NCBI GenBank assembly: GCA_045635885.1
Contig: JAZTWO010000041.1
Coordinates: 1-61,469 of the forward strand
Length of the DNA: 61,469 nucleotides
Source of the DNA: Eubacteriales bacterium
Lineage (GTDB): Bacteria > Bacillota > Clostridia > Oscillospirales > CAG-272
Direction of reading: 5' to 3'
Under the pieces are notes generated by a model, which was not told the origin of the DNA, made no database searches, and worked only from the letters and a program-made list of their open reading frames with translations. Numbering within the stretch: the first letter of the stretch is position 1; every line of letters begins with the position of its first letter. The translations under genes were made by a program, and so were the position numbers. Shown here one piece after another: positions 36,295 through 47,159 of the stretch.

Positions 36295-39200
36295 TTACTG
36301 TTTTGATTCGATTTCGACGTACTTTTCAAGTATACAGTTAAGGGATTTAAGCGCATCTGCGCTCGACTTTGGTCGCACGCTGATATAGGGCTTTGATGAA
36401 AGAATTATCTTCATTTTACCGTCGTAATTCTCTTCAACCTCGCTCCAAATATCAATATCAATGCGGCTTGGAATTATGCGGAATTCACTTCCCTCTTGCG
36501 TGATTGATGTAATCTTACATTTAAGCGCATTTGCGCGAATAAGAGCTATCATCAAAAGATTTTCAACGGGCTTGGGCATATCACCGTAGCGGTCAATCAT
36601 CTCGTCAAGAATGTCAAGTCGGTCATATTCGTTGTCAATAAGCGCAATTCTCTTGTAAAGTCCCATTCTTTGAGATGAGAACGATACGTATTTTTCGGGA
36701 ATGAATGCGTTATAGTTGAGAGTTACCGTACATTCGGGCTTTTCCTCGACCTTTTCGCCCTTTTCTTCAAGCACCGCTTCATTCAAAAGCTTGATATACA
36801 AATCGTAACCAACCGCATCAAGATGCCCGTGCTGTTCTGCACCGAGCATATTTCCTGCGCCACGAAGCTCAAGGTCACGCATTGCAATCTTAAAGCCCGC
36901 ACCAAATTCTGCATATTCACGAATTGCTTCAAGTCGCTTTTGAGCGATTTCGGTGAGCGCCATATCCTTGGGATATGTGAAATAAGCATAGGCACGTCTG
37001 CTTGAACGTCCAACACGTCCCCTTATCTGATGCAACTGAGAAAGCCCGAGTCGATGCGCATTATCAACGATTAAAGTATTGGCATTTGGAATGTCAATTC
37101 CCGTTTCAATAATCGTTGTGCTAACAAGAATATCAATTTCACCCTTGAGCATCTCACCCCAAATTTCTTCAAGCTCTTCCTTGTCCATTTTACCGTGTGC
37201 AACGGTTATTTTCGCATCAGGAAAACACTTTTGCAATCTTGAAGCAACGGCATAAATGCTATCCACAAAATTGTGCATATAGAACACCTGCCCGCCACGG
37301 CGAAGCTCACGTCTGATTGCTTCATTAACAATCAAATCATCCTGCTCTAAAACATAAGTTTGAATAGGAATTCTATCTATTGGCGCTTCGTCAAGCACGG
37401 AAATATCACGAAGTCCACCCATTGCCATGTTGAGCGTTCTTGGAATGGGTGTGGCGGAAAGACTGAGAACGTCAATATTACCCGAAAGCTTCTTTAATTT
37501 TTCCTTTTGTGCAACACCAAATCTCTGCTCCTCGTCAACAATCAGTAGCCCAAGATTGTTAAATTCAATATCGTTTGAAATAATTCTGTGTGTACCGATA
37601 AGAATGTCAATCTCGCCACGTTTAAGTCTTCTTTTAGTCACTCCCTGCTGCTTTGTAGTTTTAAAACGTGAAATCATATCCACGTTAACACCAAAAGCAC
37701 GGAATCGAGAAAGCGCAGTTTGATAGTGCTGGAGTGCAAGAATTGTGGTCGGCACCAAAATTGCGACCTGCTTGCCACCAAGCACCGCCTTATATGCCGC
37801 ACGGAACGCCACCTCTGTTTTACCAAAGCCAACGTCACCGCAAAGGAGTCTATCCATTGGCATAGATTGCATCATATCGCTTTTTATATCGTTAATCGCC
37901 TCAATTTGAGCATCGGTTTCGTCATATTCAAATGCCGCCTCAAAATCACGTTGAAAATCGTCGTCACGGGGGAATGCAAATCCCGGTGTTCGAGTTCTGC
38001 GAGCATAGAGTTCGATAAGCTCCTTAGCCATCTCCTTAACCGCCGCCTTTGCCTTTGCCTTGGTTTTGCCCCACTCTGCGCCGCCAAATCGAGAAAGCTT
38101 TATAAGCCCGTCATCCGAATGTGCACCAACGTATTTTGACACCATATCAAGCTTTTCAACAGGCAAAAACAGTTTGTCGCTTCCTGCATATTGAATAGTG
38201 ATATAATCGTGTCCAATACCGTTTTGAACAAGGTTTGTAATGCCTGAATATCGACCGATACCATATGCCTCATGAACAACAAGGTCTCCAACCTCAAGGT
38301 CATTGTATGAGAAAATTTGTTGCGTATTGCTCTTTTTCTTTTTTCTGCGCATGGATTTTGAAACGGAATTCACACCGCCGTTTCTTCCCTCTTTGCTTGT
38401 TGAAAGCACCGCAACTCTGGCAGAGGGGAGTTCAAATCCAAAAAATTGATCCTTATAGAAAACACCAACCTCTCCCTGCTCCACTTTTGGCGGCTCAACA
38501 CTTGTTTTAATCTCTTTTTGAGCCAAGGTTCCTGCAATATTCTTTGCAAAAATCTCATTTTCACAAAGAACACAAACCGCAAAATTACTTGCAAGATATT
38601 GGTCAATATCTTCAAATAAAAGTTCAACCTTATCGTCATAAGAAACGGTTTGCTTGCTTCTAAAATAGAAAATTCCACTTGTATTTTTGCCCGAAAGCCC
38701 CTGTGTTATGGAGTCGGTATGCAAGGTAACGTTTCTATCACAGAAAAGCTCATACTGTGCACTGGGCTTTGAATAATCCGTATATTTGGGCGCAATAGTG
38801 CCACCCTCTACCAGCTCTTCAATAACTTGGTGTTGATGCCATTCTGCGCCTCTGATTCGTTCAGAAATAGCATTTGTTCCCTTAATAATAACACATGTTC
38901 TCTCAGTAATATAATCAAAAAGCGAGCATCTTTCAGGATAAATAAGAGTGATATATTTATCAATAAATTTGAGTGATCCACCCTCTCCGTTAAGACCATC
39001 AATTGCATTAATTTCTGCAGTAAGTTCAAGAACAGCATCTGCATTTTTTGATGATTTGAATTGCTCACTAACTGCTTGACGAAGTTTTTCTATCTTCTCT
39101 GCATTAGCCAAAATCTCACGAGCAGGAGAAAACTCAATGCACTCAACACTTTCAATCATTCTTTGAGTTTCAACCGAGAAAAGACCCATTCTGTCAATTT

Positions 39201-39855
39201 CGTCACCAAAGAATTCAATTCTGACAGGCAAATCGGCACGAACCTTTTCACCGTCTTCGTTGATATAAAATCCACCTGGTGCAAAAATATCAACAATGCC
39301 GCCTCGGTGTGCAAATTGCCCTGCACCGTCCACCATATCAACGTTGGTATATCCGCAAAGAGTTAAAAATTTGCAAAGCTCCCTTGGTGTTGTGATGGTT
39401 TGAGTGTCAAGACGAATTATGCTCTTTCTTAATTCCTGTGGTGGAATTGTGTAAGAAAGTGCCGCATCGGGAGTTGAAATAACCACATCAAGCTCGGAAT
39501 TGAGTATTCCAAACAAGACTTTAAGCCTCTCATGTTCATACTCATGGGAGGCGGTAATATTATAAAAATTCAAATCACGGTTTAAATAAAATCCTGCACT
39601 AATGCCAAATTGAACAAATAATTTTTGCAAGCGCAAGCATTCCTTTTCCTCAGGGCAAATGATGACTAAGGGCATTTTACCTCGTTTATCTTTTGTATCT
39701 TCTACAAGAGAAATGATAGTCGAATCACTTGCACCGTCAGAAAGACCGCTGATTGCTATTGGATATGCCTTGTGCGTGGAAAACTCCTTTTTGACAGCGT
39801 CAATAAGTTGTCTATATTCACTGTCAAGGCGTATCGCTTCTGTAATAAAACTCAT
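36295..39855 (-). CDS. mfd: Transcription-repair coupling factor
   Basis: RGGIVDIF, CarD-like RID, GDVGFGKTE, DEEQRFG, SATPIPRT, QIRGRVGR, TRG motif. Confidence 0.97.
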   Translation of the reverse strand: MSFITEAIRLDSEYRQLIDAVKKEFSTHKAYPIAISGLSDGASDSTIISLVEDTKDKRGKMPLVIICPEEKECLRLQKLFVQFGISAGFYLNRDLNFYNITASHEYEHERLKVLFGILNSELDVVISTPDAALSYTIPPQELRKSIIRLDTQTITTPRELCKFLTLCGYTNVDMVDGAGQFAHRGGIVDIFAPGGFYINEDGEKVRADLPVRIEFFGDEIDRMGLFSVETQRMIESVECIEFSPAREILANAEKIEKLRQAVSEQFKSSKNADAVLELTAEINAIDGLNGEGGSLKFIDKYITLIYPERCSLFDYITERTCVIIKGTNAISERIRGAEWHQHQVIEELVEGGTIAPKYTDYSKPSAQYELFCDRNVTLHTDSITQGLSGKNTSGIFYFRSKQTVSYDDKVELLFEDIDQYLASNFAVCVLCENEIFAKNIAGTLAQKEIKTSVEPPKVEQGEVGVFYKDQFFGFELPSARVAVLSTSKEGRNGGVNSVSKSMRRKKKKSNTQQIFSYNDLEVGDLVVHEAYGIGRYSGITNLVQNGIGHDYITIQYAGSDKLFLPVEKLDMVSKYVGAHSDDGLIKLSRFGGAEWGKTKAKAKAAVKEMAKELIELYARRTRTPGFAFPRDDDFQRDFEAAFEYDETDAQIEAINDIKSDMMQSMPMDRLLCGDVGFGKTEVAFRAAYKAVLGGKQVAILVPTTILALQHYQTALSRFRAFGVNVDMISRFKTTKQQGVTKRRLKRGEIDILIGTHRIISNDIEFNNLGLLIVDEEQRFGVAQKEKLKKLSGNIDVLSLSATPIPRTLNMAMGGLRDISVLDEAPIDRIPIQTYVLEQDDLIVNEAIRRELRRGGQVFYMHNFVDSIYAVASRLQKCFPDAKITVAHGKMDKEELEEIWGEMLKGEIDILVSTTIIETGIDIPNANTLIVDNAHRLGLSQLHQIRGRVGRSSRRAYAYFTYPKDMALTEIAQKRLEAIREYAEFGAGFKIAMRDLELRGAGNMLGAEQHGHLDAVGYDLYIKLLNEAVLEEKGEKVEEKPECTVTLNYNAFIPEKYVSFSSQRMGLYKRIALIDNEYDRLDILDEMIDRYGDMPKPVENLLMIALIRANALKCKITSITQEGSEFRIIPSRIDIDIWSEVEENYDGKMKIILSSKPYISVRPKSSADALKSLNCILEKYVEIESKQ

Positions 39856-39869
39856 ATTTATTACTCCAT

Positions 39870-40505
39870 TTAGTTTTTCTTGTTACAAATCTGCATAGCA
39901 TCGTCAATACTTGCAGAAAGAATCTTCTCAAGCCCCTCGCAAACGGTTGGGAAAGTGCCCTCAAGTGCCTTTAATTCGTCACTCTTGAATTCGGAAAGCA
40001 CCCAAGATGCAAGGTCATAATTTGGATGTGGCTTTTGTCCAACACCCACCTTAATTCTTGGAAAGATTTGCGTGCCTGTATGCTCGATTATGCTCTTGAT
40101 TCCGTTGTGACCACCTGCACTTCCATCACGGCGAACACGAAGGCGACCAACGTCAAGAGAAATATCATCATAAATAATAATAAGATTTTCGGGCTTGATT
40201 TTGTAAAAATCAAGAGCTGCACGAACACATTCGCCCGAAAGATTCATAAATGTTTGGGGCTTTACCAAAAGCACTCGCTTGCCCGAAATTGTTGCCTCGC
40301 CAACAAGTCCCTTGTGAGCGCTTTTGTTCACACGGGCATTGTACTTGTTGCATATATAGTCTATTACAAGAAATCCCGCATTATGTCTTGTGTGAAGATA
40401 TTGCGCACCCGGATTGCCAAGTCCCACAACAATGTGTGAAATCGGTTCGCGAGACGCAGTATTTTCAGTTGAAATTTTCTTAAATAATTCAAAAATGTCT
40501 GCCAT
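39870..40505 (-). CDS. pth: Peptidyl-tRNA hydrolase
   Basis: VGLGNPG, TRHNAG, KPQTFMNLSG, GSAGGHNGIKS. Confidence 0.96.
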   Translation of the reverse strand: MADIFELFKKISTENTASREPISHIVVGLGNPGAQYLHTRHNAGFLVIDYICNKYNARVNKSAHKGLVGEATISGKRVLLVKPQTFMNLSGECVRAALDFYKIKPENLIIIYDDISLDVGRLRVRRDGSAGGHNGIKSIIEHTGTQIFPRIKVGVGQKPHPNYDLASWVLSEFKSDELKALEGTFPTVCEGLEKILSASIDDAMQICNKKN

Positions 40506-40549
40506 TTTAGTTTCCTTGAATTGTGTTAGTATGTAGTTATTTATATTTG

Positions 40550-40578
40550 GTAGGGGCGATTCACGAATCGCCCGCTAC
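40550..40578 (+). repeat. GTAG-type REP-like palindrome, copy 2
   Basis: GTAG-GGGCGATTC-AC-GAATCGCCC-GCTAC in the polC-pth spacer. Confidence 0.8.
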
Positions 40579-40586
40579 TATTTTTA

Positions 40587-43500
40587 TTAAAAGAACGAAA
40601 TTTGGTCGGTATCTGAAAGTCCGTCAAGTACTCCGTTTTTGCGCAAAATTTCGATAACTGTACCCGAAAGCTTTGCACGAATTTGCAAATCCTCAATTGA
40701 GAAGAAGTCCTCCTCATTACGTGCTTCAATTATGTTAAGAGCCGCGTTTTCACCAAGCCCTGAAAGAGATGAGAAGGGCAAACGAATACCGCCATTTTCG
40801 GGCAAAAATGCCTTTTGGTCACTCTTTTTAAGGTTGATGGGCAAGAATTTAATTCCTCTTGCATATGCCTCACGAACAAGCTGAAGTCCTGCAATAGATG
40901 CCTGCTCTTTTTGTGATGCTTCTTTTCCAAGCTCTTCAATTCGTTTGATTTCGTTAGAAACTCCACGATGACCTCTCATAACTATTTCGGCATCAAGTCC
41001 AACAGATGAAACAGTGAACATTGCGGAATAGAATGCAACGGGCATATGTACCTTATACCAAGCAACACGAATTGCAGACATAACGTATGCCGCCGCATGC
41101 GCCTTGGGGAACATATACTTAATCTTCTTACAGGAGTCGATATACCAATCGTCAACGCCTGCCGCTACCATAGCTTCTTCCCATTCGGGCTTAAGTCCCT
41201 TACCCTTACGAACACTCTCCATAATTTGGAATGAGAGCGCACTATCAACACCGTAAGCAATAAGGTCGTTCATAATGTTGTCACGACATCCAATAACGTG
41301 TGAAATGTCGCAAATGCCGTTATTAATAAGATCCTGCGCATTACCCGTCCATACGTCAGTTCCGTGTGAAAGACCGGAAATCTGAAGTAAATCGGCAAAT
41401 GAACTTGGTTTTGCTTCCTCAACCATCTTCATAACAAATCGTGTGCCAAATTCGGGCAAACCATAAGTACCTATCTTCGCTCCGCCAATATCGTCGGGAG
41501 TAATTCCAAGCGAGTCGGTTGAAAGGAACAATTCATAAACCGCCTTGTCATTCATAGGAACGTCCATAACGCTTGTGTCGGAAAATCTTTCAATCCACTT
41601 ATATTTTGTTGGAATATCGTGTCCAAGCTCGTCAAGTTTGAGAAGCGTATCGTGAAGATATTCAAATGTAAAATGAGTTGTTACGATATTCGAGCTTGCA
41701 TCTTCTGCAGGGTGCTGAACGGGACAGAAATCATAAATTTCCATTTCCTTGGGTACAACAACGATACCGCCGGGGTGCTGACCTGTGGTTCGCTTAACAC
41801 CAACGCATTTAGCAACAAGTCGGTTCATTTCGGCTCTTGGCAAGCTAATTCCCTTTTCTTCAAGATACTTAAGCACAAAGCCAAAGGCAGTTTTTTCTGC
41901 AACACCACCAATAGTTCCTGCACGGAAAACGTTCTCCGCACCGAACAATTCTTCAGTATATTTATGCACCTTACCCTGCACTTCACCTGAGAAGTTAAGG
42001 TCAATATCGGGGGATTTTTCACCGTAGAAGCCAAGGAAGGTTTCAAACGGAATATCATGTCCGTCTGCGCACATTTTGGTGTCACAGTTGGGGCATTTTT
42101 TGTCGGGCAAGTCAAATCCCGAACCGTATTCGCCATTCATAAAGAACTCGCTATGTTGACAATTCGGGCAATAATAATGTGGTTTAAGTGGGTTAACCTC
42201 AGAAATTCCTGCACAGGAAGCAACAAAGGATGAACCAACAGAACCACGAGAACCAACAAGATATCCGTTGTCCTCACTATATTTAACAAGCTTTTGGGCG
42301 ATAATATATAGCACCGCAAAACCGTTTTTAATAATTGAAGTAAGCTCCTTGTCAAGTCTCGCTCTTACATATTCGGGCAAGGGCTTGCCATATTTTCTTT
42401 CGGCATTTTCATAGCACATTCTTTGAAGGTCCTCTTCAGCTCCTTCAATTTTAGGTGTAAAAGTGCCCTTGGGGAAAGGTCTTATTCCGTCTTCAACCAT
42501 ATCTGCAATAAGGTTGGGATTTGTGATAACAACCTCTTTTGCCTTTTCTTCTCCAAGATACGAAAATTCCTCAAGCATTTCTTCAGTTGTGCGCAAATAG
42601 AGTGGGCAATCCTTGTCCGCATCCTTAAAACGCATGCCTGCAAGCAACACCTTTCTGCCAATCTCGTCGTCGGGATTAAGATAATGCACGTCGCAAGTAG
42701 CCACAACGGGCTTTTTATACTTTTCACCAAGCTCAACAATCTGTTTATTCAACTCTCTAAGATCATCATCACTGCCAACAGTTCCCTCGTCAATAAGGAA
42801 ACGGTTGTTTGAAATAGGTTGAATTTCAAGATAATCATAGAAGTTTACTATATTTTTAATATCCTCTTCGGGCTTCTTTTCAAGAATTGCTCGGAAAAGC
42901 TCACCTGCCTCACACGCAGAGCCGATAATCAAGCCCTCACGGTGCTTTTCAAGTTCACTTTTTGGAATTCTTGGCATTCTCTTGTAATATTTCAAATATG
43001 AATATGACACGAGCTTGTAAAGGTTTTTAAGCCCTGTGGGATTTTTAACCAAAATAACCTGATGGTATGGTTTGATATTCAATGGATTTGAGTTTTCACT
43101 CATATCCCTTTGCAAATCGTCAAAATTCTTAATATCAAATCTATCCATCTTTTCAACCATTGCAAAAAAGATGTTAGCAAGAATTTCTGCGTCGTCACAA
43201 GCTCTGTGATGGTTAAATTCACCAAGATTGTAGTATTTAGCAACAACGTCAAGCTTGTGAGATTTGAGGTCCGAGTTCAAAAATCTTGACAAAGTAACCG
43301 TGTCAAGATAGGGGTTTGAAAATTTATATCCAAGGTCCCTTGATGCCTTTCTGATAAACGAAACGTCAAAGTTTGCGTTGTGAGCAATTAGCAATCTATC
43401 CCCAATAAAATCAAGGAATTTGCGCAAAACAACGTCAATTTTATCCGCATCTGCAACCATACTGTCATCAATTCCGGTAAGCTCAACAATAACGTCGGGA

Positions 43501-44990
43501 ATGGGCACTTCGGGATTAACAAACTCGTTAAATCTTTCAATTACCTCCCCGTCTTTAATTTTTACCGCACCGATTTCAATAATCTGTGAGGTAAGAACAG
43601 AAAGACCGGTTGTTTCAATATCAAAAACTATAAATTCATCTTTAAATGAACCCTTGTATTCACCAACAACTGCGCTTGTTTTGTCATTTACAAAATATGC
43701 TTCCATACCGTAAATAACCTTCATACCAAGCTTTTCGGCGGCAAGCATAGCCATTTGATATGCCTGAACGTTTCCGTGATCGGTAATAGCAACCGCTTTG
43801 TGTCCCCATTCGTGCGCCTTTTTAACCGCCTCGTCGGGTGGCAAAAGCGCATCCATTGTGGACATTTGCGTATGTAAATGCAATTCAACTCGCTTTTCTT
43901 CTGCGTTATCAAATCTCTTAATCTCTTTAATTTTGGCTATGTGATTAAATGAGAAAATAAGGTCTTTTCCAACACCCTCTTTTTTCTTTTCAATTTCACT
44001 TTTTCCGTAAAGAGCAATTGCCGCTCCGTTTTTAGCCACGCTCGCAATCAATGAACTCTTTTCATCATCCTCATATGCTCGCACTTCAATTGAAGTGTTA
44101 CCGTCATAAACGCAAAATGTGGTTGCAACTTTGTTTCCACGTCTTGCCGGTTCTTGAGTAAAACCAAAAACCTCACCAATAATAACAACTCCACGAGAGT
44201 AACCGTTAAGGTCGGCAATTGGTGTTGGATTTATGTCAAATTCCTCACCGTAAGCATATTCGGGTGAAGAAAGGTCAAATTTCTTATATCCAATGGAACA
44301 AATTCCGTCATTAATATTAATCTCTGCACCCGTATTAAGTGTTGCAACACGAGGAAGATTTGCTCCTGCAACTTCTTTTTCATTTTTGGGTGCGCTTTCA
44401 CTGCCTTGAATAGCACCAGATTCATATCTCTTGTTTTGCTCAACAATATTTCTATCGTGCGCACGAAGTTCAGAATTGAGCTTATCGCGAGTGTGGGTTG
44501 CCAATTTTTCGTCACTAACTATATTAACGTTAAACTTAACACCAAACTCGGCAAAAATAATTCTTTCAATAATTTGTGGCGTTTCTGCATTTTTAAGCAA
44601 GGTAACACCACCCGAAACAAAAGGAATAGTTATAGTGATATTTTCGCCAACTATCTCCCAATCACAACCCGAGAAAAATCCACGGGCAACAATGCCAACT
44701 CTTTCAGCTTCAAGAAGAATTTGTTCAAAATAGCGAGTGTCAAAAAGATCTGCAGGATATTTGGGAAGCAACTTCATATAATTTAACGAATATGCCTCTC
44801 TAATTTCATTTTCAATGCGATAAAGCAGATTTTTATTAACAATCTGATTAAAATAAACGTCCGCTTCAATCACTCGTGCCTCTTTATTCAAACGAACAGA
44901 ATAATTTTGCACGCAGGACAAGACACGAATTATCTCCGTGTCTTGAGGCTGATATTTATTAAATTTTTCGAGAAAGGTCTTCTCTGCCAT
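40587..44990 (-). CDS. polC: DNA polymerase III PolC
   Basis: PHP ELHLHT and AITDHG, exonuclease FDIETTG and AHNANFD, RGSVGSS, PDIDLNFSG, FPKAHAAAY. Confidence 0.97.
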   Translation of the reverse strand: MAEKTFLEKFNKYQPQDTEIIRVLSCVQNYSVRLNKEARVIEADVYFNQIVNKNLLYRIENEIREAYSLNYMKLLPKYPADLFDTRYFEQILLEAERVGIVARGFFSGCDWEIVGENITITIPFVSGGVTLLKNAETPQIIERIIFAEFGVKFNVNIVSDEKLATHTRDKLNSELRAHDRNIVEQNKRYESGAIQGSESAPKNEKEVAGANLPRVATLNTGAEININDGICSIGYKKFDLSSPEYAYGEEFDINPTPIADLNGYSRGVVIIGEVFGFTQEPARRGNKVATTFCVYDGNTSIEVRAYEDDEKSSLIASVAKNGAAIALYGKSEIEKKKEGVGKDLIFSFNHIAKIKEIKRFDNAEEKRVELHLHTQMSTMDALLPPDEAVKKAHEWGHKAVAITDHGNVQAYQMAMLAAEKLGMKVIYGMEAYFVNDKTSAVVGEYKGSFKDEFIVFDIETTGLSVLTSQIIEIGAVKIKDGEVIERFNEFVNPEVPIPDVIVELTGIDDSMVADADKIDVVLRKFLDFIGDRLLIAHNANFDVSFIRKASRDLGYKFSNPYLDTVTLSRFLNSDLKSHKLDVVAKYYNLGEFNHHRACDDAEILANIFFAMVEKMDRFDIKNFDDLQRDMSENSNPLNIKPYHQVILVKNPTGLKNLYKLVSYSYLKYYKRMPRIPKSELEKHREGLIIGSACEAGELFRAILEKKPEEDIKNIVNFYDYLEIQPISNNRFLIDEGTVGSDDDLRELNKQIVELGEKYKKPVVATCDVHYLNPDDEIGRKVLLAGMRFKDADKDCPLYLRTTEEMLEEFSYLGEEKAKEVVITNPNLIADMVEDGIRPFPKGTFTPKIEGAEEDLQRMCYENAERKYGKPLPEYVRARLDKELTSIIKNGFAVLYIIAQKLVKYSEDNGYLVGSRGSVGSSFVASCAGISEVNPLKPHYYCPNCQHSEFFMNGEYGSGFDLPDKKCPNCDTKMCADGHDIPFETFLGFYGEKSPDIDLNFSGEVQGKVHKYTEELFGAENVFRAGTIGGVAEKTAFGFVLKYLEEKGISLPRAEMNRLVAKCVGVKRTTGQHPGGIVVVPKEMEIYDFCPVQHPAEDASSNIVTTHFTFEYLHDTLLKLDELGHDIPTKYKWIERFSDTSVMDVPMNDKAVYELFLSTDSLGITPDDIGGAKIGTYGLPEFGTRFVMKMVEEAKPSSFADLLQISGLSHGTDVWTGNAQDLINNGICDISHVIGCRDNIMNDLIAYGVDSALSFQIMESVRKGKGLKPEWEEAMVAAGVDDWYIDSCKKIKYMFPKAHAAAYVMSAIRVAWYKVHMPVAFYSAMFTVSSVGLDAEIVMRGHRGVSNEIKRIEELGKEASQKEQASIAGLQLVREAYARGIKFLPINLKKSDQKAFLPENGGIRLPFSSLSGLGENAALNIIEARNEEDFFSIEDLQIRAKLSGTVIEILRKNGVLDGLSDTDQISFF

Positions 44991-44992
44991 AA

Positions 44993-46081
44993 TTACCTCT
45001 GATTTTTCATTTCCTTAATCTTTTCAATCAATACGTCAATTATCTTGTCTTCGGGAATTTTGTGAAGTATTTCACCGTGCGAGAACAAAAGTCCCTCTCC
45101 AATTCCGCCTGCAATTCCAATATCGGCTTCACGAGCTTCACCAGGTCCGTTTACAACGCAACCCATAATTGCAACTTTTATTGGAAAATCTTCAAGCCCG
45201 TTTTCTTTCACGGCTTCTTCAAATCTGCCCACAAGTGAAATCAAATCTATCTTGGTTCTTCCGCAAGTGGGACAGCTAACAATTTTTATTCCACTCTGCC
45301 CCTCAATTTCAACGGCAGAAAGTATCTTTTTAGCCGCCGCCACCTCAAGCACGGGGTCTGCGGTAAGGGATACACGAATTGTGTCGCCAATACCCTCACA
45401 CAAAAGTGAGCCAATGCCAATGGCACTCTTCATTGTGCCAAGATTTTCACTTCCTGCCTCTGTAACACCAAGGTGGATATTGTAATTGCAACGTTCCGCA
45501 AGCAATTTATTAACTTTTATCATAGAGGGCACGTTTGATGCCTTAATCGACACCACAATATCCTCAAAATCATACTTTTCAAGCAAAGTAATGTGACGAA
45601 AAGCACTTTCGCAAAGTGCTTCGGGAGTGGGCGAGCCATACTTTTCCAAAATATCCTTTTGCAAAGAACCTGAGTTTATTCCAATTCTAATCGGAATACC
45701 CCTCATTTTGCAAGCATCTGCAACCGCCTTAACTCTATCGTCACTTCCAATGTTACCGGGATTTATTCTAATCTTATCCACACCAAGCTCTGCACAACGA
45801 AGTGCAATTTTATAGTCGAAGTGAATATCGGCAACAATGGGTATATATATTCCGTTTTCTTTAAGATATGGTATGGTCTCTGCCGCCTCAAGTGTAGGCA
45901 CGGTAATGCGAACAATGTCACATCCCGCATTCTGCAAAGCTCTGATTTGCTCAAGAGTTGCAACCTTATCGTGCGTGTCAGTGTTAGTCATTGACTGAAT
46001 AGCAATTGGTGAATCTCCACCAATATAGATATTCCCTATCTTCAATTTTTTCGTTTGTCTTCTAATTTCGTTGTATTTCAT
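44993..46081 (-). CDS. ispG: HMBPP synthase
   Basis: QSMTNT, ADIHF, RINPGN, HLGVTEAG, SCPTCGR, MGCVVNGPGE. Confidence 0.97.
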   Translation of the reverse strand: MKYNEIRRQTKKLKIGNIYIGGDSPIAIQSMTNTDTHDKVATLEQIRALQNAGCDIVRITVPTLEAAETIPYLKENGIYIPIVADIHFDYKIALRCAELGVDKIRINPGNIGSDDRVKAVADACKMRGIPIRIGINSGSLQKDILEKYGSPTPEALCESAFRHITLLEKYDFEDIVVSIKASNVPSMIKVNKLLAERCNYNIHLGVTEAGSENLGTMKSAIGIGSLLCEGIGDTIRVSLTADPVLEVAAAKKILSAVEIEGQSGIKIVSCPTCGRTKIDLISLVGRFEEAVKENGLEDFPIKVAIMGCVVNGPGEAREADIGIAGGIGEGLLFSHGEILHKIPEDKIIDVLIEKIKEMKNQR

Positions 46082-46106
46082 TTTAAGTCCTTTGATTGTA
46101 AATCAA

Positions 46107-47147
46107 CTAAAACAAATTAATTACATCCTTAACCGAGATAAGCAACATAAGCCCCAAAAGAAGCATAAGTGTAATGCCTGTAATGGCATCCTCGGTCTCT
46201 TTTTTAATAACCTTTCTTCCTGCAATTCCGTCGATAAGATGGAAAATAATTCTACCGCCATCAAGCGCAGGAATGGGCAAAAGATTGAAAATACCCAAGT
46301 TCATACTGATAAGAACAATAAGGTTAATAAGCGCAGAGGTACTAACCTTAGCAACCTCTCCAACAGTTTCAACAATGCCAATCGGACCTGAAACAGCTTC
46401 AACGCCAAATCGTCCGCTAATCATACCAACAAGCGAATCCACAACCATTTTAACCATATTGATAGAGCGATAAAACGCCTGATATAAATAGTCAAAGAAA
46501 CTCACGTCCTCAAGGGCGGATAAAGCGTACAACTTAAAGTCCATATCACCAAGAACAACGCCCGAATCCTCGACCGTATTAAACACCACGTTTTCAAGAA
46601 CAATGGTTTCACCGTTTCTTTTTACAGTAATATCAATGGCTTCATAACCCTGCATCATTACTTCGTAATACACTTCTTCCCCGGTGTGAACTCTCACGTT
46701 TCCAATCTTAATAATTTCGTCATCCACCTGGAGCTTTGCATGGCTAACTGAATTATCCCAAAATCCACCAACTGTGGTAGAACCGAGTGTGGGAGTTGAA
46801 ATAACAAGGCAAAACATCAATATAATTGCAAAAATAATATTCACAGCAGGACCTGCAACTGTAACCACAATCTTTTTCCAAGGATTGAGATTATTATAAG
46901 CCATTGGGTTTTCACTTGTGCCCTCTTCGCCTTCCATTTGAACAAATCCACCTATTGGGAAAGCACGAAGTGCATATTTTGTACCCTGTTTTCCCTGCCA
47001 CGAATAAATTTTTGGCCCCATACCAATTGCAAATTCAAGCACGGGAACTTTAAAAAGTCGAGCAAAGAAAAAGTGTCCAAATTCGTGAATAAACGTCAAA
47101 AAGCCAATCACCAAAACGGTAATAAGCACATATACAATAGAATTCAA
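46107..47147 (-). CDS. rseP: Site-2 protease RseP/RasP
   Basis: HEFGH, AGPAVN, NLLPIPALDGG; lies between dxr and ispG. Confidence 0.92.
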   Translation of the reverse strand: MNSIVYVLITVLVIGFLTFIHEFGHFFFARLFKVPVLEFAIGMGPKIYSWQGKQGTKYALRAFPIGGFVQMEGEEGTSENPMAYNNLNPWKKIVVTVAGPAVNIIFAIILMFCLVISTPTLGSTTVGGFWDNSVSHAKLQVDDEIIKIGNVRVHTGEEVYYEVMMQGYEAIDITVKRNGETIVLENVVFNTVEDSGVVLGDMDFKLYALSALEDVSFFDYLYQAFYRSINMVKMVVDSLVGMISGRFGVEAVSGPIGIVETVGEVAKVSTSALINLIVLISMNLGIFNLLPIPALDGGRIIFHLIDGIAGRKVIKKETEDAITGITLMLLLGLMLLISVKDVINLF

Positions 47148-47159
47148 ATCATTTTCTCC

